The notes under the pieces were generated by a model. That model did not search any database. It was given only the letters and a program-made list of their open reading frames with translations, and was not told the origin of the DNA. A stretch of DNA of 64,000 nucleotides from Macrostomum lignano. Taxonomy: Eukaryota. A program made the translations under genes and the position numbers. This document shows, one piece after another, positions 36,584-49,949 of this stretch; position 1 is the stretch's first letter; each line of letters starts with the position of its first letter. Location: NCBI GenBank assembly GCA_002269645.1, contig NIVC01002896.1, positions 67,366-131,365 on the forward strand. The letters run 5' to 3'.

Positions 36584-39500
36584 ATGGCCGACACCTGCTG
36601 CGGCGGCCAGTTGGACGCCGGCAACGCCTCGCTGTCAGTCTGCGAGCTGCCGAGCCAGAGCGGCGCGAACATCTGGCCGACCCTCAGCCTCTTCCTCGTT
36701 GGCGCCGCCGGCAACCTGCTCGCCCTGCTGGTGCTGCTGCGGCGTCGCCGGCCGGCGAAATCGGGCCGAGCCAGCCTGTTCTACTCACTGCTCACCGCCC
36801 TGATTGCCGCCGACCTGCTGGCCCAGCTGCTCACCTCAAGTGCACCGCTGGCCGTGTACGCTCAGGGCAGCTACAACTCCAGCTCCCGTCGGCTGCGCCT
36901 CGTCTGGACTGGCGGCGATCTGGCCTGCCAGGCTCACGCGGTTGTCATGACAACCGTGTCTCTAGGCGAGCCCCTTCTAGTACTTTGCATGTCGATTGAA
37001 CGGCTATTGTGCCTGGCTAATAGGCGCAGGTGTCACGTGACCAGGTGGTTGCTAGGCCTGCTCTGCGCGGCCCTGCTGACGGCCTGCCTGCCCCTGGCCG
37101 GGCTGGGCTCCTACCGGCTGCAGTATCCGGCCACCTGGTGCTTCGTCGACTCGCGTTCCGGACGTCCGGCCGACCGGGCCTTCGCCGCGGGCCTGGGCCT
37201 GTGGAACGTGGCCGTCATTGTGCTCATCGTGGCCAGCAACCTGTGGGTCATCTGGCGGCTGCTGTCCGTCCGGCGGGTCCGCAAGGCGATGGCCAGGGGC
37301 AACGATAGGCCGTCGTTTCGCGGGGCGGCGCGGCCGAAGTACATGCGGGCCATGGAGGTGCAGCTGCTGGTCATCCTCGTGGCCATCACGGCATCCTTCG
37401 CCCTCTGCTGGTCTCCGCTGATGGTGAGGGCTCCGATCTGCGTCCATAGGTTGCATTGTGTATGTTAAACACTCTCTTTGATCCCAATATTCCCAAAGAT
37501 ACTCCTCTAGGTTTTCCTCTCAAAATTCCCTGAAATTTCCTTGAAATCTGAGAAAACTGATTGAGATTCCGCTGAAATACCAATTCGTTGAGATTTTCCG
37601 TGATTCCCTTTAAGATTCTCTCTGAAATTCTCCCTGGACTTTTTTCAATATTCTCCCGAGATTTTCCCTGAAATTCCCCCAGATATTCTCTCTGGAATTC
37701 CCTCTGAGATTCTCCCTGGAATTCTCCCCGGGATTCTCCCTGAAGTTCCCTCCGAGATTCTTCCTGGCGTTCCCTCCGAAATTCTCCCTGAAATTCCCTC
37801 CGAGATTCTCCCCAGAGATTACTTCCGAAATTCTCCCTGAAATTCCCTCCGAGATTCTCCCCAGAGATTACTTCCGAAATTCTCCCTGAAATTCCCTCCG
37901 ATATTCTTCATGGAATTCCCCCAGAGCTTCTCCTTGAAATTCCCTCCTTGAAATTCCCTCTGAGATTCTCCCTGAAATCCCTTCAATATTCTCCCTGGAA
38001 TCCCTCCGAGATTCTCCCTGGAATCCCTTCGAGATTCTCCCTGGAATCCCTTCGAGATTCTCCCTGGAATCCCTCCGAGATTCTCCCTGGAATCCCTTCA
38101 AGATTCTCCCTGGAATCCCTTCAAGATTCTCCCTGGAATCCCTCCGAACTTCTCCCTGGAATCCCTTCAAGATTCTCCCTGGAATCCCTCCGAGATTCTC
38201 CCTGGAATCCCTTCAAGATTCTCCCTGGAATCCCTCCGAGATTCTCCCTGGATTCCCGACGAGATTCTCCCTGGAATCCCTCCGAGATTCTCCCTGGAAT
38301 CCCTCCGAGATTCTCCCTGGAATCCCTTCAAGATTCTCCCTGGAATCCCTCCGAGATTCTCCCTGGAATCCCTCCGAGATTCTCCCTGGAATCCCTCCGA
38401 GATTCTCCCTGGAATCCCTCCGAGATTCTCCCTGGAATCCCTCCGAGATTCTCCCTGGAATCCCTTCAAGATTCTCCCTGGAATCCCTCCGAGATTCTCC
38501 CTGGAATCCCTCCGAGATTCTCCCTGGAATCCCTTCAAGATTCTCCCTGGAATCCCTCCGAGATTCTCCCTGGAATCCCTTCAAGATTCTCCCTGGAATC
38601 CCTTCAAGATTCTCCCTGGAATCCCTCCGAACTTCTCCCTGGAATCCCTTCAAGATTCTCCCTGGAATCCCTCCGAGATTCTCCCTGGATTCCCGACGAG
38701 ATTCTCCCTGGAATCCCTCCGAGATTCTCCCTGGAATCCCTCCGAGATGCTCCCAGAGCAAAAGTTTCCCAGTTGATGTGGTCCTGGTCCTGTTTCTTGG
38801 CAAAACTATCAAGCAGTTTCGCATCAAAGAACCCACTTTAGCCGGTACAGGATTTCAAACTCTTCTTATTTGCCGAACACAGGATTGAAGAGCAAACAGT
38901 AGCAAGAGCCTTTCAAAGCAATAAACCCGGGTTAAAAAAGATTTTTGCTTCTGATTTACAGCTGGTGGCCCGAAAATGCGGCCTCTGCTCCAATTCTGTT
39001 CCAGTTGCTGCTTTTCCCTGCTCTCCAGCTCGTTCGGGGCAAAGTTGACAAATTGTAAATTTCTTTCTGCAGCGCACCGCCAGAGGGTCTGAGCACAGTT
39101 TATTGGCTTTGCAATGCAAACACCAGATTCAAATGCTGAGGGGATGCTGCGCTGCCGCCTGCTTCAACCAATTCTGCAGCTCAACTGGGTTTGTCCTTGA
39201 AACGACCTTCGAAGCATTCTCATTCCATCTTCATCATCTGTCACAGCTTCTTTCGCACCTGTCTCCTATCTGTCTTCTTCTTCCTCTCACAGCTGTCTAC
39301 CTCTCACAGCTGTCCCCCTTTCCCACCTGTCTTCCTCTCACAGCTGTCTACCTCTCACAGTTGTCTCCCTCTCCCACCTGTCTCCCTCTCACAGCTGTCT
39401 CCCTCTCACAGCTGTCTCCCTCTCCCACCTGTCTCCCTCTCACAGCTGTCCCCCTCTCCCACCTGTCTCCCTCTCACAGCTGTCTCCCTCTTTCCCTCTC

Positions 39501-41731
39501 TCTCTCCCTCTCCCTCTCTCATTCTCCCACCTAGTTCTAGCCTTTCCTATCTCAAATTTACTGCTTTCTCAGACTACTTTAACCCAAAAGTGCACAAATA
39601 TGAGCTACAAAACCGTAAAGAATATAAGATTCATTCCCTAATGTCCTTCCTAGCTATTCTCCATACTCAATGGGTCTCCCATGCAGAGCGGAGTATCAAT
39701 CTAATGAGCCACTTACTTCACACTTCACTTCCCAACCGAGGTTTAAAGAAAAATTTTCAACCCGTCAGTCAGCGCAGCCAAATTCTTAAAATTATTTGTT
39801 TGAATTTTATAGTAAGTCAGCACGTATAATTCGATTTAAAAATTTTGAGCCAACAGTATTTATTGCGTTGTATTGTACTTTGTTCTTCTGGGTAGCTAAA
39901 AATATCTACCGCACGAATATTACTCATAGTAAGCGAAGGGTCTTTATGGTATTTTATACTTAAACGACCGATGGTGTTTGTGTTAAAATGAGCCTTAGAA
40001 GCTCTTTGCTAGTGAAAATTAAAGTTTATTAAGTACTCCAATTCCTATAAGTTCCTGTGCTTTTAAAAAGCGAGTTTTTTACTCTGCTTGGCTACTGGAA
40101 GTAGCTGTCTCGGAAGATACAAGTATTAATGTATGAAATATAAAATATTTAAAGTGTGATATGTAATTCTCTGATTTAGCATTCAGGTAATATAGGTGTT
40201 GCAGCGATAAATCACTGAATAAATGAGTAATGCACTGAATGAATTCCTGATTGCACGCTAACCGCGCCCAACTCTACTTAACTTGCAGTGCTATCGTTCA
40301 TTCTGCCGATTATGCATCATATTTCATGATATTCATCATATATTTTGCCTAATTTATTCATTTTTACAACCTAATGTGGCTGATAAATGTCTGATATCAA
40401 CAATTACTACTTATAGAGCTTTCTAATAATTTACAGCTGTCTCCCTCTTCCATCTATCTCCTTCTCTCCCTCTCCCACCTGTCTCCATCTCTCCCTTTCC
40501 CACCTGTCTCCATGTCTCCCTCTCCCACCTGTCTCCATGTCTCCCTCTCCCACCTGTCTCCATGTCTCCCTCTCCCACCTGTCTCCATGTCTCCCTCTCC
40601 CACCTGTCTCCATGTCTCCCTCTCCCACCTGTCTCCATGTCTCCCTCCCCCACCTGTCTCCATGTCTCCCTCTCCCACCTGTCTCCATGTCTCCCTCTTC
40701 CATCTATCTCCTTCTCTCCTTCTCCCACCTGTCTCCATGTCTCCCTCTCCCACCTGTCTCCATGTCTCCCTCTTCCATCTATCTCCTTCTCTCCTTCTCC
40801 CACCTGTCTCCATGTCTCCCTCTCCCACCTGTCTCCATGTCTCCCTCTTCCATCTATCTCCTTCTCTCCTTCTCCCACCTGTCTCCATGTCTCCCTCTCC
40901 CACCTGTCTCCATGTCTCCCTCTTCCATCTATCTCCTTCTCTCCTTCTCCCACCTGTCTCCATGTCTCCCTCTCCCACCTGTCTCCATGTCTCCCTCTTC
41001 CATCTACCTCCTTCTCTCCTTCTCCCACCTGTCTCCATGTCTCCCTCTCCCACCTGTCTCCATGTCTCCCTCTCCCACCTGTCTCCATGTCTCCCTCTCC
41101 CACCCGTCTCCCTGTCTCCCCATCTCCGTCTCCCACATGTCTCCCTTTCTTCGCTCTCTACGACTAAATTCGTGATAGTTTCGCACCGTTTCAATTAGCT
41201 AAATTAAAGGAAATGAAACCTTGAATTTCCTCGCAGATCCGCCTTGTGCTCAACTCGCTGCTGCAGTCGCGCTTTGACTGCGCACGCGACCTCTCCGCCG
41301 TCCACCTGGCCAGCATCAACCAGATCCTGGATCCCTGGCTGTACATCCTGCTGCGCAAGTCCAACTTCCTGCGCGCCTGGCGCATTGTCCGCCGGTTTAA
41401 CTGGTGCGGCCGGTCGACCGGGGCGGTGGATCGCGGCGGCGATGACGGCGTCGCCAGGCGGCGAAGGCGTCCGCCGTCGGCTCTGTTACTGCGTCGTTGC
41501 TGCACACAGCGGCTGGGCCTGGCAGCTGCTACGCTGCCGCAACGCCAGCTGGCTGCGGACGCCGCATCGCCGTCGCCGCCGCCAGACGGCGAAAACTGGC
41601 AGTGGCGAGTTGCTGGCCAGGCCCGCAGCCTGCCAGACCTGCGCAGCTGTCCGCAGTTGCGGTGCCGCGCCTGCGCCAGCCATCAGTCTGTGGAGGAGGC
41701 TGGGCCTGTGGGACACCTCCTGGCTTCATAA
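36584..41731 (+). CDS. Prostanoid (EP4-like) class A GPCR, 444 aa; exons 36584-37423 and 41237-41731
   Basis: TM1 VGAAGNLLAL, TM2 LIAADLLAQL, MSIERLL, YRLQYPATWCF, TM7 LASINQILDPWLYILLRK. Phase-0 intron at the end of TM6, as in prostanoid receptors. Confidence 0.9.
37590..38750. repeat. 23-bp minisatellite (GATTCTCCCTGGAATCCCTCCGA)n in GPCR intron
   Basis: Degenerate at the 5' end, homogeneous at the 3' end. Confidence 0.95.
39240..39530. repeat. CT-rich degenerate minisatellite (CTGTCTCCCTCTC-type) in GPCR intron
   Basis: Repeats of CACAGCTGTC/CCACCTGTCTCCCTCT related to the 40430-41160 array. Confidence 0.8.
40430..41160. repeat. 25-bp pyrimidine-rich minisatellite (CTCCCACCTGTCTCCATGTCTCCCT)n
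   Basis: Tandem copies with a ~76-bp higher-order unit. Confidence 0.95.
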
Positions 41732-42639
41732 GCATCGGAGCGTACCGACCAGCCTTGCTAAATATAATTGGTTTGACCTGATTGAATGGCATTTATGGCT
41801 CTATTTACAGCTTCATGAAATACAGACCATTGAAACAGGTTTTTGAAGTCATTCAACCCAATTGAAACTTTTCGCCAGCCGAGTAATTTTCAGATTTTAT
41901 TGACACTTTAAGCAATTGTTTGTAAATCCTTCAGCTCTCGGTGATTGCCGAATACTTGTGGATGCTGAAATAAATAGATTTAATTACATATTGTATATAT
42001 CTAATACTATTAAATTGCTTAATAGACCAATCTGATCCTTATGCTGAATTTCCTGCTCAAAAGAAAGAGATTCTTACAAAAATGGAAAATCCGCGACAAG
42101 AGATTTCAATATAGAATTGAATTCAATTCAACTCTGAAGGCTTCGTTCGTTTTAATCTTGAACTAAATCTTTTGAGCCTGAAGGCTCAACAGCGCTCTCC
42201 ACTGGGACTGCGAAGGTTGCAGCAGCAGCAGCTCTCGTGCGGCCATAAAAATCCGATTTGCATCTTTCCAATCGGCTGCAGCTGCATTGTTAAGAGGTGA
42301 TTAAAAGCTGAAATCAGTTAACAATGGAGGTTGTAAAAAATGGTTAATCAATTCCACGCCTCGCTTTGCAAGGAATCGGACGAATAGTTAGACTACCAAA
42401 TTTGGACCGGCAAGCGCCCATTGCAAACTAGAAAATATTTTAATCGGCCGCTGATCCAATCAATCTGCCGGAGCTGTCCAAGCGCAAGTATCGCGATGCC
42501 GATCTCATGCTGAAACAGCCAGCATAAATACCGCTTCTGGGGGGCTCTGCCTGTCCCAGTCTGTCAAGGCGGGGACTTTGGCTTTCTCTCAGTCAGCTTG
42601 CTCAGTCTAATTCAAGCCTTACTTGCCTAGAAATCAGCA

Positions 42640-44623
42640 ATGAAACTCTTTGCTCCCATCGTTCTGCTGGCCCTGCTGCCGTCTGGTAAGTGAACTCTTC
42701 ACTCCAACTGTGAAGCTAAACTGCAACAAACCAGCATCCTTGACCTCCGCCCCATCATAACGCCAGCTTTCTCGCTGTACGGCCCGCTGGAGCACGCCAT
42801 CGGTCTGTCGGACAATGCCAAGTTGTACATCATGTGCCAGCACAACCGGATCCGAGCTCAGGTGGCCAAGGGTGGAGATACTGGCTACAAGTCGCAGCCA
42901 AAGGCTGCCAACATGCAGGCCTTGGTGAGCTCTAGTTTAAACCCAGCCGTTTACGTACGACACCACACGCTCTTTTGATGGGTCCTTTGATGTTCCCCGA
43001 CACCTAGGACCCCTCCGCCTGAAACTCACCCCTCTATATTGTTCATTGCTCATTACTCATCGCTACTTTATCAAGTGCTGGTGCGAGGAACTCGTCGCCA
43101 AGGCCCAGGAGCACGCCAGCAACTGCAGCGGCCCGCCGCACGACAAGCGATCCGGTCGGAAGACGGCCAACTTCCCGGATGTAGGCCAGAGCCTCATGAA
43201 CACCTTGCGATCGTCGCCAATTGATGAGTGAGTTTTGAAATCCAACCATGTTTTCTAAGAACTTGCAAAGATTGAAACCAAAGGGTTCCCTTCCGCACGG
43301 TAATTGGTTTTGAAAATTGTCGTAAGACTTTCGTCCGTGAGGCAAACAAAATCAGATCGGTGGAACAGTCATCACTTCTTGTTGGCTCTGAGAACTCCTG
43401 TCCACTGTCGGCCTGATATATGACAATGCTCAAAAGTTCCCAGGTCATCTGGTAATTTTCGAGTCACCTCAACTCTGCCAGAAAAAATTCTATCCATCTA
43501 TCCTTTTTCACATTGTTTTCGCTCTTTGCTCGTAATTAAACGATCTTGTTGGACGTGCAGCTGTATGCCACTTGGGTGCAAGCGATTCTGCAACACGATT
43601 GTACGTTACCGTTTTTCAGGGCTATGGAGGGCTTCCTTGAAGAGTGCAACGGCTACGACTTCGAAAACAACTATTGCGACACCGCCAAGGCCGGCCGGGC
43701 CCACGTCTGCGGCCACTACACGGCGCTGGTGTGGGCGGAGACGCAGTGCCTCGGCTGCGCCTACGACCAGTGCTCCGGCAAGCCGCACGGCCGACTCGTC
43801 TGCAACTACGGCCCCGGCGGCAACATCGAGGGCAAGAAGCCCTACGTTAGTGGCGAGCCGTGCACCCAGTGCAAGAGCGGCCAGATGTGCCTGGACAACG
43901 GGTTGTGCAGCGACAAGATGAACTGCGCCGGTGACCGCTGCTCCGCGCCGCCCAGCACAGACAGCACCAGCGAGTGCAAGGACCTCAACCCGTCCTGCCC
44001 TGCCTACAGGGACTACCCCACCATCCGGGCCTGCGACGCCGATTCGCCCTACCTATTGTTCGCCCAGCAGAACTGCAAAGCCACCTGCGGCTGGTGCGGC
44101 GGTGTCAATGTTGGCAAAGTGTGCGCCAAATCTATCAACGTGACCAGCGACTTGTGCGAGAAGCTGACAACCATTGACAGTGAGTTGGTGCCACCCTGGC
44201 CAAACCGGGCTTGAGGCGGCTTGAGCAGCAATGCGGCAGAAATGTTATCAGTGCACTCTCAGTGCACTATCACTGGCTGTGGTCTGTGACTTAGTGGGGT
44301 TGGTAGATGTGGGAGGCTTCATCAATGAGCAAACTTTGGATGAGGCCATTCCATAAATGTCACTATCACACCACGCAGGGAGGGAGTGCAAAGTCGGCAA
44401 CGGTCTTACCTACGCTGGAACAAAGAGCCAAACAAAGAACGGCGAGGCCTGCATCCCGTGGAAAACCAACGACGCCAGGACCAACTACTACAACGGCTTC
44501 GAGTTCCCGGACCGGAACAAGAACGACGCGCAGAATTACTGCAGGAACCCCGCCTCGTCGGGCACCGGACCCTGGTGTTACACGGCTAGCAGCTGGGGCT
44601 ACTGCGACATTCCCGACTGCTGA
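42640..44623 (+). CDS. Secreted CAP/SCP (VAL-like) protein with ShKT and kringle domains, 386 aa; exons 42640-42685, 42767-42924, 43076-43227, 43620-44179, 44379-44623
   Basis: Signal peptide MKLFAPIVLLALLPSA; CAP motifs HNRIRAQVAKG, QPKAANM, WCEELVAKAQ, GHYTALVW, LVCNYGPGGN; ShKT CKDLNPSC..CKATCGWC; kringle C..GLTYAGT..CIPW..NYCRNP..PWCYT..YCDIPDC. Phases 1/0/2/1 are consistent. AATAAA at ~44715. Confidence 0.92.
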
Positions 44624-45189
44624 GCCTCAACAGCTCAAACCGACAAAGGACGGGATCTGATAAACAAACAATTTCAATGGCATTACAAAGTCTGCCAATT
44701 TACTTTTTGGTGAAAAATAAATTTGGGTTCAGTCAGAAGCAACTGCCGTTCGCCGTTTTTTTTCATTAGCCAACAGGACAAAGGCGGAAGGCGCGGGGAT
44801 GGCGAGGACGACGAAGGGCAGGCGAAGCGAGCCCGCTATCAAGTACGAGTATATTTCGATAGTATTGAAGCATAAAAGAAACAAAATTAAGTAAACAGGA
44901 GAAACAAAAATCATAGGATAACAGAAAAAGTGTGCGCCACGTACATAAAAGGCCAGCCTCCCCGCCACCCCACGCACCCCCACACGCCGGCACATGAAGA
45001 ACAGCCCGCGCAAGGCACGCCCGTCATCAGTACCCCAGCACTGAAATCACCAACTTGCATTATTAATGATGCTGAATGGTGGCTCAGGAAGTTACTCAGG
45101 AAAGTAAAGGGTTCACAAAGCTGGAGGTATCGTGCGCTTGTGCATATCTAATGCACACGGAACGAAGCAATTTGTGACTACAAATATTT

Positions 45190-45430
45190 TGAATTACAGC
45201 TTACGAATGAAGACGAACTCCAGTAATAGAGTTCTCTCTGTGAATTCTCTCTGTGTTACTGCCGCTTTCAGTGCAGTGCTGATATATAAAGGGTGAATAT
45301 GGCGGAAGCTGTGGCTGTTCGACATCACACGAGCGTTGAGATGAGACCTCGCTCCATCCATACCAGCGAATGCTCCCCACCAAAGCATCGTTGAGGGACC
45401 CCCGTTTGACACCACCGCGGGGCAGAGTCA
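45190..45430 (-). pseudogene. Tc1/mariner (IS630-like) transposase remnant
   Basis: GGPSTMLWWGAF resembles GGGSVMVWG.F, and LPPYSP in another frame resembles LPPYSPDLNPIE. Confidence 0.4.
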
Positions 45431-45442
45431 ATAAAATAATAA

Positions 45443-45760
45443 TATAGCTTTTGTCATGCTATCTCAGCCTAGGGACATCCAAACTCAGCCAATATAGATT
45501 TCAATTGCAAACAGATCTCAATGCTATCATTTCTATAACGTGACATGAAATGGCAACAAACAGCAATGAATGAACGCAGCAAGAAAAGTCAGTAAGAATC
45601 TGAAAAGTGGCTGAGATTGCATGTCCCAGGCTGAGATAGCATGGCCTTAAGAAGCATGTCTATGGTAAAACTTGACTGGCTTACGTAAAAAATCGCACTG
45701 TTGAGATGGGCTGGCTGAGTTTGGATGTCTCTAGGCTGAGATAGCATGACAAATACTATA
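45443..45760. mobile_element. MITE with 42-bp inverted repeats
   Basis: 45450-45491 versus 45712-45753 with one mismatch; outer TATAG/CTATA. Confidence 0.7.
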
Positions 45761-46261
45761 CAAACGTATCACTCTAACAGTTTTTAATAATTCAAAATGC
45801 AATGAAAAGAATGGTTTTTAATTATTGAATAATAAGGGTTTGATTTTTTCAATAAATGTTAAAACCCCACGAGTGCTTCGGTTCTATTTGTGCAATGAAA
45901 CGATATTAAAAATGGCACACTGCGTGCAGTGCAGTAAAATAATTATTACTTATTTTTCTTCAAAGATTAAAATTGCTGGATTGATAAGTAAATAAGCAAA
46001 TATACTCAAATATTTCATCAATTACTCTAGCATTGAGGCAATGAAATTCTACATGAAATTCTAAATGAAACAAAAAAGTTATAATTAAATTACAATCAGC
46101 CAGGGCTGATATTTCAAGCAGTTGTATGAAATTCTACATAAGAGTACTACTCCGCAAAATGTTTAGTAGTATATAAAGCGTTTAAAAATCATCTGGGTTA
46201 AAATTGAATATAAATAGCTAGTGCACTGCTAACGCTCGTTGAACAATGCAAATTTAAGCAT

Positions 46262-46610
46262 ACCTCCACACTGAACTGGGGCTACCCTCCACACTAAACT
46301 GGGGCTACCCTCCACACTAAACTGGGGCTACCCTCCACACTAAACTGGGGCTACCCTCCACACTAAACTGTACCCTCCACACTGAACTGGGGCTACCCTC
46401 CACACTGAACTGGGGCTACCCTCCACACTGAACTGGGGCTACCCTCTACACTAAACTGGGGCTACCCTCCACACTAAACTGGGGCTACCCTCCACACTAA
46501 ACTGGGGCTACCCTCCACACTAAACTGGGGTTACCCTCCACACTAAACTGGGGCTACCCTCTACACTAAACTGGGGCTACCCTCCACACTACACTGGGGC
46601 TACTCTCCAT
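46262..46610. repeat. 23-bp minisatellite (ACTGGGGCTACCCTCCACACTAA)n
   Basis: About 15 copies. Confidence 0.95.
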
Positions 46611-47084
46611 AGGGAATCCCGAAGTACTGCTTCATTACTCAATTTGCACTCAAGGGCGTAAGTTAAAAAAGTACATTTAAAATTTCGCTGGAATGTATAT
46701 TGATATAAAATAAAAATGGTGTTAAACACAAAGATAGTTGAATTTTATACAAAAAATCACATCTACTAGGACGGACTCTATAAAATCGCAAAAAATGAAA
46801 TCAAATTTTAATTCTCATGCTGTGCAAGAAACCATGAGTTCTTTAATGATAACAGCATATATAGTCACTGAGAATTATGGTAGAAATTTTTAAATATAAT
46901 TTTATGGCAGAACCTGTGAGGAGAGACTGAGAGATATTACTGAATCCTTATGGCAAAAGATTTTTACAATGAGTATAATGAAACCCAGTAATTTGTTTGA
47001 TTTTTCAGAGAGATATAGCTGTGTAAATACCAAGTATTTGTAACGAAATTTGACAGTGGAATAGCAACTGCCAATCATATTTGG

Positions 47085-47550
47085 AATGTCTATGGCCCTA
47101 ATTCCCCCGATCGTGTCTTTGGTCCTAATTCCCCCGATATGCCCTGATTCCCCGATCATGTCTATGGCCCTAATTCCCCCGATCGTGTCTATGGTCCTAA
47201 TTCCCCGATAATGTCTATGGTCCTAATTCCCCCGATCATGTCTATGGTCCTAATTCCCCGATCATGTCTATGGTCCTAATTCCCCGATCATGTCTATGGC
47301 CCTAATTCCCCGATCATGTCTATGGTCCTAATTCCCCCGATCGTGTCTATGGTCCTAATTCCCCCGATCATGTCTATGGTCCTAATTCCCCGATCATGTC
47401 TATGGCCCTAATTCCCCGATCATGTCTATGGCCCTAATTCCCCGATCATGCCTATGGTCCTAATTCCCCGATAATGTCTATGGCCCTAATTCCCCGATAA
47501 TGTCTATGGCCCTAATTCCCCGACCATGTCTATGGTCCTAATTCCCCCTC
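47085..47550. repeat. 26/27-bp minisatellite (ATGTCTATGGTCCTAATTCCCCGATC)n
   Basis: About 17 copies. Confidence 0.95.
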
Positions 47551-47706
47551 GACTATGTTTAATGAAGCTCCCCTATCCTTTTCGATTTGCTCCCAGATGT
47601 ACTTTTTGACAACGCCAATGAACTAAGCATGCCAGGCAAAGGGGGATACACATATTTAAAATCTTTATGTGCAGTGTAGCACCAATAGATAGCAGCCATG
47701 CGCTCT

Positions 47707-47877
47707 CTATTCGCTTCCAAACTTCTTGGCCAGCCTTATCAGCTCATAGCGGTCTGGCAGTCGGCCGCAGAGCCTCAATGCCTCTTCAAGGCTGCAGCCT
47801 TTGAACTGATGCAGATCGGCGTTAAGAAATTTCCATCCGCCGATCGGCCGGTCAACAAAAGCAATCGGAGCGCCTGT
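47707..47877 (-). CDS. Candidate terminal exon (APIAFVDRPIGGWKFLNADLHQF..RLAKKFGSE*)
   Basis: Acceptor TTCTACTCACAG, open frame to a stop; phase 1, compatible with the 49950 donor, but the link is unproven. Confidence 0.3.
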   Translation of the reverse strand, partial: TGAPIAFVDRPIGGWKFLNADLHQFKGCSLEEALRLCGRLPDRYELIRLAKKFGSE

Positions 47878-48349
47878 GAGTAGAATATAGTTTAGACTAC
47901 TGTGAGTAGTAGACAAAAGAGCATACATTTTAGCGTACAAATTTTTAAAACAAGCATAAAAAGTAGTTTTGTTTTTGCAAATTCGAAAAACAAATATTTT
48001 TGAGCAGAGGGACACGTTGATGTTATTTTAAACAGCTACCTTTCCAGAGTATCACCTGATTTACCTGGAAGAAAAATTGCTAAAAATAGAAGCTTTGTGG
48101 GCTTGAGAGGCTGCTGTCGCGTGCACAATTAGTGCCATGCTCGTTCGTCTCTCAATGTACATTGGCAACGCTTGTTCAGTCGAAAGTGGAACTTTGAATC
48201 CATTCAAGTCTAGTTTGTATTTGCTCGCGCGGGGGCGTTTATAGTCAAGCAGTTAGTTGAGTGAGCCACAGCAGCACCAGCTCGTAAACTATGAGTAACT
48301 CTGCTTGAGATTTTTACAGCCTTGTTTTCCGATGTATTTTTAATCTAAT

Positions 48350-49392
48350 TTGGCACTCTATCAAACACAATCCGGCACTCTATCAAACACAATCCGGCAC
48401 TCTATCAAACACAATCCGGCACTCTATCAAACACAATCCGGCACTCTATCAAACACAATCCGGCACTCTATCAAACACAATCCGGCACTCTATCAAACAC
48501 AATCCGGCACTCTATCAAACACAATCCGGCACTCTATCAAACACAATCCGGCACTCTATCAAACACAATCCGGCACTCTATCAAACACAATCCGGCACTC
48601 TATCAAACACAATCCGGCACTCTATCAAACACAATCCGGCACTCTATCAAACACAATCCGGCACTCTATCAAACACAATCCGGCACTCTATCAAACGCAA
48701 TTCGGCACTCTATCAAACACAATCCGGCACTCTATCAAACACAATCCGGCACTCTATCAAACACAATCCGGCACTCTATCAAACACAATCCGGCACTCTA
48801 TCAAACACAATCCGGCACTCTATCAAACACAATCCGGCACTCTATCAAACACAATCCGGCACTCTATCAAACACAATCCGGCACTCTATCAAACACAATC
48901 CGGCACTCTATTAAACACAATCCGGCACTCTATCAAACACAATCCGGCACTCTATCAAACACAATTCGGCACTCTATCAAACGCAATTCGGCACTCTATC
49001 AAACACAATCCGGCACTCTATCAAACACAATCCGGCACTCTATCAAACACAATCCGGCACTCTATCAAACACAATCCGGCACTCTATCAAACACAATCCG
49101 GCACTCTATCAAACACAATCCGGCACTCTATCAAACGCAATTCGGCACTCTATCAAACACAATCCGGCACTCTATCAAACACAATCCGGCACTCTATCAA
49201 ACACAATCCGGCACTCTATCAAACACAATCCGGCACTCTATCAAACACAATCCGGCACTCTATCAAACACAATCCGGCACTCTATCAAACGCAATTCGGC
49301 ACTCTATCAAACGCAATTCGGCACTCTATCAAACACAATCCGGCACTCTATCAAACACAATCCGGCACTCTATCAAACACAATCCGGCACTT
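48350..49392. repeat. 22-bp minisatellite (GGCACTCTATCAAACACAATCC)n
   Basis: About 47 highly homogeneous copies. Confidence 0.97.
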
Positions 49393-49949
49393 CCTTGACT
49401 CGTCATTGCTCTGAACTTTGTGTTTCGCAGTCCCCTAATTTAATTGCTTATGGCTCTAGACTTTCAACTAGGTTATTTCAGACTAAGCCAACTGCAAGTA
49501 ATTAGCATCATTAGTTGAACGTATAATGCTCAGCGAGATCGAGATAATAAGAGCGGTTAAAGGCCCGAACGAAAGCGTGAGCCTTTCTGCCTAGCAGCAC
49601 TATGAAGACAGAAATTCTCATCATTCTTTCTTAAGATTTGTTTTTTAAGGCGACAAGACTACACAATAGCAGCGTTAAAGATAGGGTTAGAGAGCCGGAA
49701 TAGGGACGTAGCCGTATTTTTTGAGCAGCAAATAAACGCAACAGTGCAGCCGAGTCTTGAGAGCTGACCTACAGTGCTCTTGAGTATTGCTCTGTATGTT
49801 GTCATAAACAATAAACAGCCACTGTGAAACTCTACAAGGCTGCTCTGATACACAGTTTTTGTTGTGTTTTTTGCATGCGCTGAATTCTTAGTTAAAAAAA
49901 TAGTTTAAAAAAAGTTTAGAATTGTGTTTTAGCAACATATTTTACTCAC

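Noticed and set aside
42686-42715. 30-nt micro-intron in the CAP gene
   Set aside because: The 81-nt intron to 42766 is also in phase, matches local intron size and gives a better signal-peptide junction.
33976-44231. Overlapping or antisense ORFs over the Rab, GPCR and CAP exons
   Set aside because: Expected shadows of GC-rich coding sequence, with no motifs.
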